This document shows positions 18,527-28,863 of a DNA stretch of 51,477 nt, piece after piece; positions within the stretch are counted from its first letter, which is position 1; every line of letters starts with the position of its first letter. Made by a program: the position numbers and the translations under genes. The stretch is taken from positions 1-51,477 of the forward strand of contig JAPLVH010000014.1 in assembly GCA_026397205.1 (NCBI GenBank), read 5' to 3'. Source of the stretch: Candidatus Berkelbacteria bacterium (lineage in GTDB: Bacteria; Patescibacteriota; UBA1384; XYA2-FULL-43-10; CAINNR01). The notes under the pieces were generated by a model. That model saw nothing but the letters and a program-made list of their open reading frames with translations, had not been told where the DNA came from and ran no database searches.

Positions 18527-20662
18527 TTACATATCTTTCATTGATAGTGCGACGCGGCCTTTTTCCCGATCGACATCAACAACTTTGGCTTTGACAACAT
18601 CGCCGGGCTTAATGTATTTAGAAATATCTTCGACTCTTTCGCGAGCGATTTGCGAAATATGAATCATTCCGTCCTGCCGCGGCGTAATTTCGACAATCGC
18701 CCCGATCTGTTTGCCGGTCATCCGATCACATTTGATTTCCAAAACCCGGCCTTCAATAATTTCGCCGATTTCAATTTCCCGCGTCATGCTTTTGACAATA
18801 TCAATCGCCTTGGCACTCATCTCCGGGTCGGTCGAGGCAATCATCACCGTGCCGTCGTCTTCGATATCAATCGAAGTCACCTCTTTGCCGCCACACTCCT
18901 CAATAATTTTTCGAATATTTTTGCCGCCCGGGCCGATAATTTCGCCGATTTTCTCCGGATTAACTTTCAATGCCGTAATTCGCGGCGCATATTTTGACAT
19001 CTCGGCTCTGGGCTCGGCGATGACTTCTTTGATCGCCGCCAGAATATCAAGTCGCGCGGTCTTTGCCTGCTTGAAAGTTTGTTTGATGATAGCGTCAGAG
19101 AGTCCGGCAATTTTTGTATCCATTTGGATGGCGGTAATTCCTTCGGCCGTGCCGGTGATTTTGAAATCCATGTCGCCGGCAAAATCTTCTAAACCTTGCA
19201 AATCAGTCAGAACTTTAAATTCATCTTCAGTTTCGCCGGTGACGAGTCCCATAGCGATTCCGGCAACCGGTTTTTTGATCGGCACGCCGGCGTCCATCAA
19301 GGCCAAAGTCGCGCCGCAAGTCGCCGCCATTGACGATGAACCGTTCGAGGCCAAAATTTCCGTCACCAGCCGAATTGTGTAAGGAAATTCCTCGGTTGTC
19401 GGAATCATCTGACGAAGTGCTTTTTCCGCCAAATAGCCGTGACCGATTTCTCGCCGACTGGCGCCGCGAACCGGTGAAACCTCGCCGGTCGAAAACGGCG
19501 GAAAATTGTAGTGATGCATAAAACGCTTGGTTGTTTCCGATTCCATTGTGTCGATAAATTGTTCCATTCCCGGGGACGCCAAAGTTGCGACAGTTAAAGC
19601 TTGAGTTTGACCGCGAGTGAAAAGCGCCGAGCCGTGAGTTCGAGGCAAAACGCCGACTTCAATATCAATGCCGCGAATTTCTTCAATTGCTCGACCATCT
19701 GGCCTAAGATCCTCTTTCAAAATCGCTTGGCGAATTTCCTTTTCAACCAACTTCGTAAAGGCGCCACGAAGTTCAACCTGTTTGTAATTGCCTTCGAGCG
19801 TTTTCAAAACCTCATCTTCAAAATCTTTTAGTTGCTCATCGCGTTTTTCTTTGTCAAGTTCTCGAACGACGGCTTTCAAGCGATCTCCGACAATTTTCGA
19901 AACTTCGCCGTGGATTGTGTGATCGGGCAAAACCTCGACATCGGTTTCCTTTTTTGATTTTTTTGTGTCAGCCGCGATTTTAATTTGAATTTCCAGCGAC
20001 TCTTGAATTGATTTTTTCGCCAGTTCAATCGCCTCGGCAATTTTCTCCTCCGGAATCTCTCGGGCTTCGGCTTCAATCATCATCACTTTATCTTTGACCG
20101 CAGCAACGGTTAAATCCAAAGTTGATTTTTCCATCTCGGAAATTGTCGGATTGACGACAAATTTTTCGTCAATAATTCCGATTTTTGCCGCCGAAATCGG
20201 GCACTTAAACGGCGCCTTGGTTTGCATCAAAGCGGCAGAGGCCGCAATCATCGAAATAATGTCCGGATCGTTTTCGCCGTCGTAGGACAAAACAGTGATA
20301 ATTACTTGAACATCGTTGCGAAAATTTTTCGGAAACAGCGGCCGAATTGGCCGATCAATCATTCGGCAAGCCAAAACCGCCGCATCGGATGGCCGACCTT
20401 CCCGTTTGATAAACCGAGAACCGGAAATTTTGCCGGCGGCATAAAGCCGTTCTTCGTAATCAACCAAAAGCGGAAAGAAATCAATCCCTTCGCGCGGTTC
20501 ATCGGCGACAACCGCTGTCGCCAAAACCACCGTCCCACCGCAAGTCGCTTTGATCGAACCTTCAGCCAAAAGCGCCAACTTGCCGGTTTCCAAAATCAAA
20601 TCCCGATCGCCAAAGGCGACCTTGTAGCTCGATTCTTTGAGCCCAAGTTTCTTAACTGCCAT
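18527..20662 (-). CDS. pnp: Polyribonucleotide nucleotidyltransferase
   Basis: DFFPL.VDYEER, RTHGSALFTRGQTQ, SNGSSSMA, DFAGDMDFK, KH and S1 domains. Confidence 0.98.
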   Translation of the reverse strand: MAVKKLGLKESSYKVAFGDRDLILETGKLALLAEGSIKATCGGTVVLATAVVADEPREGIDFFPLLVDYEERLYAAGKISGSRFIKREGRPSDAAVLACRMIDRPIRPLFPKNFRNDVQVIITVLSYDGENDPDIISMIAASAALMQTKAPFKCPISAAKIGIIDEKFVVNPTISEMEKSTLDLTVAAVKDKVMMIEAEAREIPEEKIAEAIELAKKSIQESLEIQIKIAADTKKSKKETDVEVLPDHTIHGEVSKIVGDRLKAVVRELDKEKRDEQLKDFEDEVLKTLEGNYKQVELRGAFTKLVEKEIRQAILKEDLRPDGRAIEEIRGIDIEVGVLPRTHGSALFTRGQTQALTVATLASPGMEQFIDTMESETTKRFMHHYNFPPFSTGEVSPVRGASRREIGHGYLAEKALRQMIPTTEEFPYTIRLVTEILASNGSSSMAATCGATLALMDAGVPIKKPVAGIAMGLVTGETEDEFKVLTDLQGLEDFAGDMDFKITGTAEGITAIQMDTKIAGLSDAIIKQTFKQAKTARLDILAAIKEVIAEPRAEMSKYAPRITALKVNPEKIGEIIGPGGKNIRKIIEECGGKEVTSIDIEDDGTVMIASTDPEMSAKAIDIVKSMTREIEIGEIIEGRVLEIKCDRMTGKQIGAIVEITPRQDGMIHISQIARERVEDISKYIKPGDVVKAKVVDVDREKGRVALSMKDM

Positions 20663-20811
20663 AAAAATCCCTTCTGGAGAGTTCGAGAGATGAGAACATA
20701 GTTTGCAAAGCCGGGCTTTAAAAACTATTTTCTCACCTATTCTCTTACTTTCCTCTTGCCTAAGACACTTAAATTACTTAAGCAACCTAAGTGACTTAGG
20801 AGTTATTAAAT

Positions 20812-21228
20812 TTATTTTCTTAACTTAAGGTCAACAATCAACTCGCCATATTTGGTTTCGTCGCCTTTTTTCAAATAATTCAAAAGTCGGCGGCGCTTGC
20901 CAACCATTTTTAAAAGTCCAACGCGAGAATCAAAATCGTGGCGATGTTCTTTCAAATGCTTGGTTAATTCGGCAATTTTCTTCGACAAAACAACGATTTG
21001 AACTTCGGCCGAACCGGTGTCACTTTCGTGTGTTTGATATTTCCCCAAAAGATCCCCAGCTTTTGCTGGTTTAACTTTGGCTGGTTTGATGTTGTCGGAT
21101 TTTATCTTATCCACTTTGACTTTTGCCGGTTTGATTTCTTCCGGTTTGTTTTTTGGTTCGACGATTTTTTCCGGCTTTACGCTTACCGGCTTACGGCTTA
21201 CAGCTTTTTTGATTTCTTTTTCTGCCAT
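20812..21228 (-). CDS. rpsO: 30S ribosomal protein S15 with Lys/Pro-rich N-terminal extension
   Basis: DTGSAEVQI...[25 protein letters not shown]. Confidence 0.97.
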   Translation of the reverse strand: MAEKEIKKAVSRKPVSVKPEKIVEPKNKPEEIKPAKVKVDKIKSDNIKPAKVKPAKAGDLLGKYQTHESDTGSAEVQIVVLSKKIAELTKHLKEHRHDFDSRVGLLKMVGKRRRLLNYLKKGDETKYGELIVDLKLRK

Positions 21229-21331
21229 TTTTATTTCCTTTTGACTTTCAACTATTTAACTATTGACTGCCGACTTTTTTCTATCGACTCTTTTGATTGT
21301 AGCAAACTATTTTTAAAAAAACAAGCCCCCG

Positions 21332-21787
21332 TTATTTGGGAGCTCTAAGATCGGGATCGATAATAAAAATGTTGTGGTCAAAACCAATTGCTTCCAGAGT
21401 TTCCGTGGTATATTTTCCCCAGAATTTGTCCCACTGATCAAAATTTACATCATGATTCTCCATCGACCTAAGGCAATATTGTGCCCTTTCTTCATTGAGA
21501 AAAAGCCCAACAATCGGCGAAGTTTTGCCTCCGTGAAAATTGGTGCTACACATCCCAGCCGGGGCAATTCTGAAACCAGAAATAATGTCAGGAAAATAGC
21601 GAATCAATCCGTAATTGGTTATCCCAATTTTTGTTCCGCGATTGAGACGCATTCCAACCGGAATTTCTTCGTTAAAAAGACCAGCAATTTTTTCCACAAT
21701 CGGTTCATTCGGATCATCAGAATTTTCAGTAGCGCGATAAAGCGACTTTCCGGTTGTGACAGCAAAAAACTCGATCTTGCCAGCCAT
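21332..21787 (-). CDS. Uncharacterised protein (cassette)
   Basis: AGGAGGT SD before MAGKIEFFAVT; promoter and leader shared with the neighbouring ankyrin gene. Confidence 0.8.
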   Translation of the reverse strand: MAGKIEFFAVTTGKSLYRATENSDDPNEPIVEKIAGLFNEEIPVGMRLNRGTKIGITNYGLIRYFPDIISGFRIAPAGMCSTNFHGGKTSPIVGLFLNEERAQYCLRSMENHDVNFDQWDKFWGKYTTETLEAIGFDHNIFIIDPDLRAPK

Positions 21788-21903
21788 TTCGTCAACCTCC
21801 TCGGCGGATTGGTGCGACACATACTATATAGTATATAACAAATTCTGGTTTGAAATGCAAGCGTTATAAAAAAACCGGCACAAAACGCGCCGGCGGGATG
21901 ATA

Positions 21904-22623
21904 TTATTTTCTTAAAGTTCTTAGCGCGAAACTCATATCTGCACCTTTTCGACAAAGAATTTCAGACGCCTGTTTGACGTCATCGTTATCAAGGTCGATG
22001 AAATAACTAAGCGCTGATTTTCCAAATCTGTCTGCTTGGTCAATTCTAGCACCGTTTTCCAAAAGTAAATCAAGGATTTCTGGATTTCCGGTTCGAATTG
22101 CATGTTGCGTCGCGAAGAAAATTGGTTGGTGATCGGGACCAATTCTGGCACCTTTAGCAATTAACAGTTTTGTGATTTCAATATGGCCGAAAGCAATGGC
22201 CAAATGCAAAGCATCGTTTATGGCCAATGAATCGTATGAAAATTGTAGTAGAAAATCAACAACTTCCAAATGTCCATTTCGCGACGATTTTTGTAGTGGC
22301 GTCTCGCCAATACCGTCGCAAATATTAGGGCTGACATTTCTGAAAATGTGCCATTTTACTCTTCCCAAGTTTCCTTCACTGGCGGCGATGTGAATTTTGT
22401 GCGTTTTCTTTGCCATCAATTTATCAACGCTTTTGTACTCTGGAAATTCTGCGTCCAAATATGTCATTGACGCGCCCGGCATTGGATAAGTTGTCCCGGC
22501 TTCGAGCTTCACCATTTTTGTATTGTGGAGAATATTTGCTCGCCTCGATGATTCATCTGGACCAAATTGCCAATCATAAAACGAAAAAGCTTTCGGCATC
22601 GGTGCCACTGCTCCATCCGACAT
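21904..22623 (-). CDS. Ankyrin-repeat protein (cassette)
   Basis: IHIAASEGN, GETPLQKSSRNGHLEVVDFLL, ALHLAIAFGHIEITKLLIAKGA, LLENGA..D.FGKSAL. Confidence 0.9.
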   Translation of the reverse strand: MSDGAVAPMPKAFSFYDWQFGPDESSRRANILHNTKMVKLEAGTTYPMPGASMTYLDAEFPEYKSVDKLMAKKTHKIHIAASEGNLGRVKWHIFRNVSPNICDGIGETPLQKSSRNGHLEVVDFLLQFSYDSLAINDALHLAIAFGHIEITKLLIAKGARIGPDHQPIFFATQHAIRTGNPEILDLLLENGARIDQADRFGKSALSYFIDLDNDDVKQASEILCRKGADMSFALRTLRK

Positions 22624-22758
22624 GATTCAACCTCCTCGGCGGATTGATGCGACTAAATAATATATATCAATTTCTGTTTTGAAATGCAATTTTTGTTTGA
22701 CTTTTGGATTTCAAGCTGATACGATTTCTTCGAAATCCCAACCTCGGAGGTGGAGACG

Positions 22759-23085
22759 ATGTATGAACATTCGATTGCCGAAATCCGCCGTCAGATTTTC
22801 GAAATAAAGCCGGACGCAATTCCTGTCGATCATTCTGAAGAATTAAATCGAGGCGGAAATCTCGATTTATTCAAAATGTTTTCTTATTTACTTTTCATGT
22901 GTAATCGACTGGAAACCATGATCGCTCCTGACCAAGCCAGCCGCTGGATTGGCTGGATTTACAGCAAAATGGAAACTTATTTCCCGTCAAAGTGGAAGCT
23001 AGAAAACATTCGTGACTACGCCAGAGCCGACGCACCAGAAGTTAAACAACAAACAATTCATTGGGTTCAGTCCCAAACTTCCTAA
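22759..23085 (+). CDS. Uncharacterised protein (cassette)
   Basis: TTGACT-17-(TGA)TACGAT, GGAGGT SD, terminator ccgcaacc..ggttagcgg plus T-run. Confidence 0.8.
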   Translation: MYEHSIAEIRRQIFEIKPDAIPVDHSEELNRGGNLDLFKMFSYLLFMCNRLETMIAPDQASRWIGWIYSKMETYFPSKWKLENIRDYARADAPEVKQQTIHWVQSQTS

Positions 23086-23119
23086 CTTCCCCACCGCAAC
23101 CATTTGGTTAGCGGTTTTT

Positions 23120-24268
23120 TTATTGTGGCTGAATTGAGTTTTGGTAATCGCGGATTTTCGAGATGATTTTTTCCGAAGTTAGCGAGGCGTCTGTTCGATC
23201 AACCTCAAATCCGGCCGCCATCGCATGGCCGCCACCGGCAAAAAGTTTGGCGACTGCCGAAACATCAATTCCTTTTGCAACCGATCGCAGAGAACCGTGA
23301 AGAGTGCCGTTTTTTTGCGAGATAAGTAAAACAAAATCAACGCCGGAAGCGGTTTTCAAAAGTTCGTCAATAACACCATCGGCATCGTCGGCATTGGCAT
23401 GCGCAGCGAGAAAATCATTGCGGCGAATTTCCGACCAAATAAAGCGATAACCACGTTCGTCGTGGATATTCGAGAGAACTTTGCCCCAAAGTCGCAAAGT
23501 CGAAAGCGAGCGGGTTTTGTAAATTCGCTGAATAATTTCCTGCTGATCGCCCTTGGCGGCGACAAGTTGAGCGGCGACAGTCAGCGATTTCGGCGTCGTG
23601 TTGGCGTTTTGAAAGGAGTTGGTGTCGGTGATAATGCCGGTCAGTAGCGCCGTGGCAATTTCTTCGGTTAAAAGTGAAGTATCTTTTGACAATGTCTCGA
23701 AAATCGAAACCAGAATTTCGCAAGTTGAGGTCGCCGTTAAATCAACAAAATTGATTTTGCCGAAGTGATCATTACCGGCGTGATGATCAATGTTCACAAC
23801 CGGCGTTTCGTAAAAAAGATCGGAATTTTCGGAATAGATCGGGCCAAGCCGTTCCAAATCCGGGCAATCGAGGACGATGATAAGATCTGATTTGAATTTG
23901 CCGGCCGGGAAAGTGACGGCATCGGATGTGAACTCGCCGGACTTTGGTGTGACGATAAAATTGATTTTGCCGTCTTCAATTTTGTAGAGAAATTTTTCAG
24001 CCGCGGTTTTTGAAACATCAAGCGAAATTACAAAATCACGGTGGCCGGAAAGTTCATTTTTGACTTCTGATGTCGGCAAAAAGGAAAAAACATTTGAGAT
24101 CGGATCGGCGCAAACGGCATTAACATTTTTTCCGAGCTTTTTCAGTGCCAGTGCAAAGGCGACGATCGAGCCGACGGCATCGCCATCGGGATCTTTGTGC
24201 GTCAACAATAAAATATTCCCCACCCCCCGAATCGCTTCAGCAATTTGTTGTTTCGGCGAAAGCTCCAT
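23120..24268 (-). CDS. nrnA: DHH/DHHA1 phosphoesterase (nanoRNase A-like)
   Basis: THKDPDGDA.GS, IDHH, GIITDT, SLRS, GGGH..AAG. Confidence 0.92.
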   Translation of the reverse strand: MELSPKQQIAEAIRGVGNILLLTHKDPDGDAVGSIVAFALALKKLGKNVNAVCADPISNVFSFLPTSEVKNELSGHRDFVISLDVSKTAAEKFLYKIEDGKINFIVTPKSGEFTSDAVTFPAGKFKSDLIIVLDCPDLERLGPIYSENSDLFYETPVVNIDHHAGNDHFGKINFVDLTATSTCEILVSIFETLSKDTSLLTEEIATALLTGIITDTNSFQNANTTPKSLTVAAQLVAAKGDQQEIIQRIYKTRSLSTLRLWGKVLSNIHDERGYRFIWSEIRRNDFLAAHANADDADGVIDELLKTASGVDFVLLISQKNGTLHGSLRSVAKGIDVSAVAKLFAGGGHAMAAGFEVDRTDASLTSEKIISKIRDYQNSIQPQ

Positions 24269-24525
24269 GTAAAAATCAATTACAAATTTCTAATTACAAA
24301 TTCCAAATGAAATGTCCAATACTTAAATTTTAAATGTCCAATTTTTTGTCATTTGGATTTTGACATTTCCCCCTAGTTTCATTTGACATCTGAAATTTGG
24401 AATTTGACATTAACATCTCATCTTATCTTAACCGCCCCCAAAAGTCAACGAAATTTTAACGGCAACCTGGTTTTCGCTTTACTGGACAATTAAAAAAGGC
24501 CAGGAAAACCCTGACCATGGAAATC

Positions 24526-25056
24526 TTAGTTCGGTTCAGAAAACCACTTTTCGAGCCAGCGGCTAAGCAATGAGAACTCGTCTTCCATTATTCTATAACT
24601 TGCGCCACCATCAATCCAATCCTCATAAACGATCGCTTCACATTCTTCGACCGACAATGATGTGTTCCATTGCTCAATTCGAATTTGTGGTACTGCACCA
24701 GGCCAAAGCGTTTCAACTTTGTAAAGCCCGTGATATTTATTTTCCGGCAATCTCCGCAAAAACCCCAACCCGTTATTGGCTGACTCGATTGAACCAGGCA
24801 AAACCAACACCAACCCCGGTAAAATGCCGCAAAGTCGGGCGATCGATTCCCTGTCGGTGTCTTTATCTTGCCAGTTGGCATTGACACCCACAAGTAGATT
24901 ATTGCCGATGCTCTTCTTCAAGTCGTCCAGATTAAGTTCGAAATGGCTACCGACAATTCTTGTAGCTTCAACCAAAGGTGGAACATTGGGACGCCATTTG
25001 TTACGAAATTCTTCCAACATCTCGTCCAAATCTGTGACGACTGGTATGGTGTTCAT
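24526..25056 (-). CDS. Orphan protein (cassette)
   Basis: TTGACT-17-(TGC)TAATAT, AGGAGGT SD, terminator ggtcagg..cctggcc plus T-run. Confidence 0.8.
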   Translation of the reverse strand: MNTIPVVTDLDEMLEEFRNKWRPNVPPLVEATRIVGSHFELNLDDLKKSIGNNLLVGVNANWQDKDTDRESIARLCGILPGLVLVLPGSIESANNGLGFLRRLPENKYHGLYKVETLWPGAVPQIRIEQWNTSLSVEECEAIVYEDWIDGGASYRIMEDEFSLLSRWLEKWFSEPN

Positions 25057-25213
25057 CTCTCGAACCTCCTGTCGCAGATTAATTAGATATTAGCAGAATC
25101 AGTTTCCAAAGTCAACTCTTTACAAAACAAAATCATCGTGCTACACTACAAAAGTAGAAATGAAATGTATTATTCGTAATTTCGTGACTTATTCGTAATT
25201 AGTAAGGAGCGCG

Positions 25214-25546
25214 ATGCCACTTACATCGTCTGCAAAAAAAGCCCTGCGAGTTGACCGCGCCAAAAAAGAAATCAACGACCTAACTCGCAACAAAATTAAA
25301 TCCGCTCTCAAAGCGGCTCGTTTGGCAATTGTTTCCGGTGACACCGACGCGACAAAAAAAATTGATCTCGCCTACCGCGAGTTGGATTTGGCAGCAAAAA
25401 AAAATGTCATTCACAAAAATAAAGCCTCGCGACTAAAATCTCGATTGACAAAAAAGTTGGCTAAAGTTGCGGAAATGCCGGCAGTAAAAGTCGCAAAATC
25501 TTCAACCAAAAAATCTCCGGCGAAAAAAACCAGCCGCAAGATGTAA
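25214..25546 (+). CDS. rpsT: 30S ribosomal protein S20 with Lys-rich tail
   Basis: MP.T.SAKKALR...N...LD.AAKK.VIHKNKASRLKSRL. Confidence 0.97.
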   Translation: MPLTSSAKKALRVDRAKKEINDLTRNKIKSALKAARLAIVSGDTDATKKIDLAYRELDLAAKKNVIHKNKASRLKSRLTKKLAKVAEMPAVKVAKSSTKKSPAKKTSRKM

Positions 25547-25700
25547 GTTGGTAAGTCATAAATAAAAATGCCAGGAATCCTGGTATTTTTATTTTCTCTA
25601 ATATACTGGCGATCGCCAGTATATTAGAGAAAATTGAGATCAGGTATTCAAATCTAGGTCTTAGATTTGTTTAGAATTTAGGGCTTGGGATTTCGAGCTT

Positions 25701-26261
25701 TCAGTTGATATAGCTCGGTGTTGTTATCGAGAAAAATTTCGGAATAATCACCCAATCGGTTCGGCCGACAATGAAACGTTTTTCCACCGGCCCAAAATAG
25801 CGCGAGTCGTTGGAGTTCGGCCGATTGTCGCCCATGGTGAAATAATCACTGGCGCCAAGTTGCCAGTCGTCGTCTTTGTCAGTGTAAAGTCCGGAAGGCA
25901 GATAATTTTCGGTCAATTTTTTTCCGTTGATGTAAACTTGACCGCCGAAAACCTTAACATCCTCGCCCGGCAAACCGATCACCCGTTTGACATAGCGTTT
26001 GTTTGTCGGATCGCCGGGATAGTTGATAACGACAACATCGCCGCGATTCGGATTTGAAATTGTATAAGTAATTTTGTTTAAGATGGCAATTTGGCCGGTT
26101 GCCATTGTCGGGTCCATCGAAGCGCCATCAACAACAAAAATCGAGATGATGAAATAATTTATAATCGCTAAAATAATCGCCAAAATAATTAACCACTTGG
26201 CAAAATCAAAAACAAAACCGCCGCCGTAGATTACCTTGCTCACAAACCTTCGTTGATTCAT
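25701..26261 (-). CDS. lepB: Signal peptidase I
   Basis: GASMDPT, RGDVVV, YVKRVIGLPG, GDNRPNSNDSRYFG. Confidence 0.96.
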   Translation of the reverse strand: MNQRRFVSKVIYGGGFVFDFAKWLIILAIILAIINYFIISIFVVDGASMDPTMATGQIAILNKITYTISNPNRGDVVVINYPGDPTNKRYVKRVIGLPGEDVKVFGGQVYINGKKLTENYLPSGLYTDKDDDWQLGASDYFTMGDNRPNSNDSRYFGPVEKRFIVGRTDWVIIPKFFSITTPSYIN

Positions 26262-26312
26262 AAAGTTTTTTCGTCTAAGTTTCTTAAGCATCTTAAGTCA
26301 CTTAAAAAACTT

Positions 26313-27797
26313 TTACTTGTATTCCGGTTCCGTTATGTTCGCCAAATTCTGGCTAACATAGCTGACGATCGGATAAAGCGCGAGACAAAAATCGTTAAGG
26401 CCCAATCCTTCGCGCTCGGTTAGAAACCAATCCGGAATTATAAATTCTTGATCGACAAATCGCCTTGCCCACAAAGCTTCAACTTGAAAAATAATCGCGT
26501 AAGGTAGATATTCAACGAATTTGGAGAAATTTTTCTGGTCGTATGACAAAGGTCGCGGATCGGAGAGATATTTTCGAAATGCCAACCAGTTGGTCATCGC
26601 TTGCCGCCCGAGCGCCGTCCGAATCGGCATCGCGCCACCGACAAAAATAATAATCAGGGAAACCGCCATCATTCCAACCCAGAAAAAAGCGGCATATGGG
26701 ACACTGGAAAAGTAACTCAAGGTGACAAAGAAGCAAGCGATGGCAAAAACAAAAAACAGTATACCGATAAATCGGTAGCGATTATGCATCTTTGACGGAT
26801 TTTCTTTGAAGTAACCAAGTCGGGTCGAAAGAGCGTAAATTTCTCGTGAGAAAAGTGACATCTTCCGACTGTAAAGGTGGTTGGCAAAACGCTCGCTGAC
26901 TTCTGTTTCGTTTGACGACAGATTTTGGCGGAAGATTTTCGATAGCAGAATTTTTTCAAAACCGATTAATTGTCCGGAAAAATCTCGCTTGCCAAAAGAA
27001 AAACCCCGGTCGCGATCAATAATGTAAATAAATTTTCTAAGCGAGAGGTCAATTAAAGTTGCGGCGATTTCCCGGGCGCCGATGTCCTGTTTCAGAAGAA
27101 CGCCGACCGCCGCTGGTGGCAATGCCGCCGGTGGTGCCGAAATTGCCCGATCGGGTAGGACAATTTTTTGCGACTTTCGGCGCAAGGAAATCAGTAAAAA
27201 AAGATATGCAAGCGCGATAAACGGAATCGCAATCGCCAAAATCAGCCAAACGCTTTTGCCAAAAGTTGAAATCAGATAGATCGTTTCGTCGTAAAACGAA
27301 AGTTGTATCACTCCTTTCGGCAATTGGGCGACAATTGTTACCGTTGACGCCGGGCTGACAGAGTCGGCATCGTAAGCAATCGTTGAATCATCAACAACGA
27401 ACGAATCGGCCGCACCGGTGCCGTGAATCGCCAAAATTTCTGACTTTGTCGTCTGCGCCGCTGCCACCGGCAATTTAAGATTGACTCGCAAGCTGTCGAG
27501 ATAGAAACCGTTTTGGTCGTAAACCACCATCCGAAGTTCGTCGAAATTTCTCTGCGGTGAAATCTTGGTTGATATCTTTTGACCGTCTTTGGTCACACTG
27601 CCATCTTTATTTATGACCAAATTAATCTCCGAGACATTCAAAATTCCGGCCGCCGTTTGATCGGAGGAAACATCGGCCATGTAGCGCGAACCGGAGAAAA
27701 CTTTCCAGCCGACAAAACCAAAGACAAAAAGAAAAGCGAAAAAAGCCAGCTTTCGCCAAGCAATCTCAATTGTCGGTTGTCGTTTTTCCCCTCGCAT
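26313..27797 (-). CDS. DUF2207-family membrane protein
   Basis: PP..LPPA.VG.L, ATLIDLS.R.FI, W.AFRKYL, YLPYAI.F.VE..W. Confidence 0.8.
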   Translation of the reverse strand: MRGEKRQPTIEIAWRKLAFFAFLFVFGFVGWKVFSGSRYMADVSSDQTAAGILNVSEINLVINKDGSVTKDGQKISTKISPQRNFDELRMVVYDQNGFYLDSLRVNLKLPVAAAQTTKSEILAIHGTGAADSFVVDDSTIAYDADSVSPASTVTIVAQLPKGVIQLSFYDETIYLISTFGKSVWLILAIAIPFIALAYLFLLISLRRKSQKIVLPDRAISAPPAALPPAAVGVLLKQDIGAREIAATLIDLSLRKFIYIIDRDRGFSFGKRDFSGQLIGFEKILLSKIFRQNLSSNETEVSERFANHLYSRKMSLFSREIYALSTRLGYFKENPSKMHNRYRFIGILFFVFAIACFFVTLSYFSSVPYAAFFWVGMMAVSLIIIFVGGAMPIRTALGRQAMTNWLAFRKYLSDPRPLSYDQKNFSKFVEYLPYAIIFQVEALWARRFVDQEFIIPDWFLTEREGLGLNDFCLALYPIVSYVSQNLANITEPEYK

Positions 27798-27847
27798 TTT
27801 GCAATTTTTAAGTCACTTAAGTTTCTTAAGATACTTATTTAAGTTTA

Positions 27848-28801
27848 TCACAAAGTCAACTCTGCCAGCAAATGCTCCAGCGCCAATTTCGGTTCAACGT
27901 GGCCGGTTTTAATATCAATGTCAACTTGGCTCAAGCGATAGTAAATTCGTTTCAATGTTGGTAAGTCGAAATTTTCCAGAATTTTCAGCGTTTTGCCGGC
28001 AACAAACGGATGAAGGTTCGCCTCGCCGGCGATATTTTGACGCTTGACGCCACGAACGATTAAATCCTCAATAATCAGCATATTGCGAAATTGAAAAATT
28101 ATCATCGTTAGGATATAATTTTCGTTCTTGCCGTCGGCGATAAGCTTTTGGAAATTTCTGACCGCGAGGCGCGAATTTCCAACGCCAAGGGCGTCAATAA
28201 AATCGAAAACATTCGAAGTATTTTCGCCGGCGACCATTTGCTCGATGTCTGATTCGCCGATTTGATCTTTGCCGGCCGCCAACCGAAAAAGATCAAGCTT
28301 TTCCAGCTCGTTCAGAAGCCGCGACGAATTGTTGCCGGCAGTGGCGATCAGTTTTTTTGCTGCCGAAGTTGACAGAGGAATTTTCTTTGATTTTGCGCTT
28401 TCTACCAGCCACTTTTCGAGCTCAAATCCCTGTCTCAAAGAAAAATTTACTGCTGATTTTGATTTCTGAAGTTTTTTAAAAAGCCCGAGATTTTTGTTAA
28501 AGTCACCATTTTCGGCCAAAATTATTTCCACCGACTTCGGCAACTTCTCCAAATTCTCGGCAAAATATTCCCGAAGTTTTTGATCACCGGATGAGAGGAA
28601 ATTTTTGATGATGATCAAACGTTTGTCGGCCAAAAACGGCATTGCCGACGCCGACCGCAAGAAATTTTCGTAGGACAGATTTTCACCATCAAATTTGCTG
28701 ATGTTCAAATCACCAAAATTCTCCAAAGCAAATTGACTTTCGATTTTCTTCAACTCCTGATTTAGCGAATATTGATCCTCGCCATAAAAAAGCGCTAGCA
28801 T
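27848..28801 (-). CDS. holA: DNA polymerase III delta subunit
   Basis: LFYGED, MPFLADKRLIIIKN, L.NELEKL, NVFDFIDA, HPFV, D.DIKTG. Confidence 0.93.
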   Translation of the reverse strand: MLALFYGEDQYSLNQELKKIESQFALENFGDLNISKFDGENLSYENFLRSASAMPFLADKRLIIIKNFLSSGDQKLREYFAENLEKLPKSVEIILAENGDFNKNLGLFKKLQKSKSAVNFSLRQGFELEKWLVESAKSKKIPLSTSAAKKLIATAGNNSSRLLNELEKLDLFRLAAGKDQIGESDIEQMVAGENTSNVFDFIDALGVGNSRLAVRNFQKLIADGKNENYILTMIIFQFRNMLIIEDLIVRGVKRQNIAGEANLHPFVAGKTLKILENFDLPTLKRIYYRLSQVDIDIKTGHVEPKLALEHLLAELTL

Positions 28802-28863
28802 ATTGTGTTTTTTATCGGTTTCTGGTAAATTATTGTTATTGCGATTCACTTGGAGGTGACAGG

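Noticed and set aside
18711..19382. Long antisense ORFs over pnp (and similarly rnj, groL, ftsK)
   Set aside because: Typical shadows of conserved genes, with no independent expression signals.
11500..23110. Integron or CRISPR array as an explanation for the repeated cassettes
   Set aside because: No IntI tyrosine recombinase, no recognisable attC sites, and the cassettes carry their own promoters. No regularly spaced identical repeats or cas genes.
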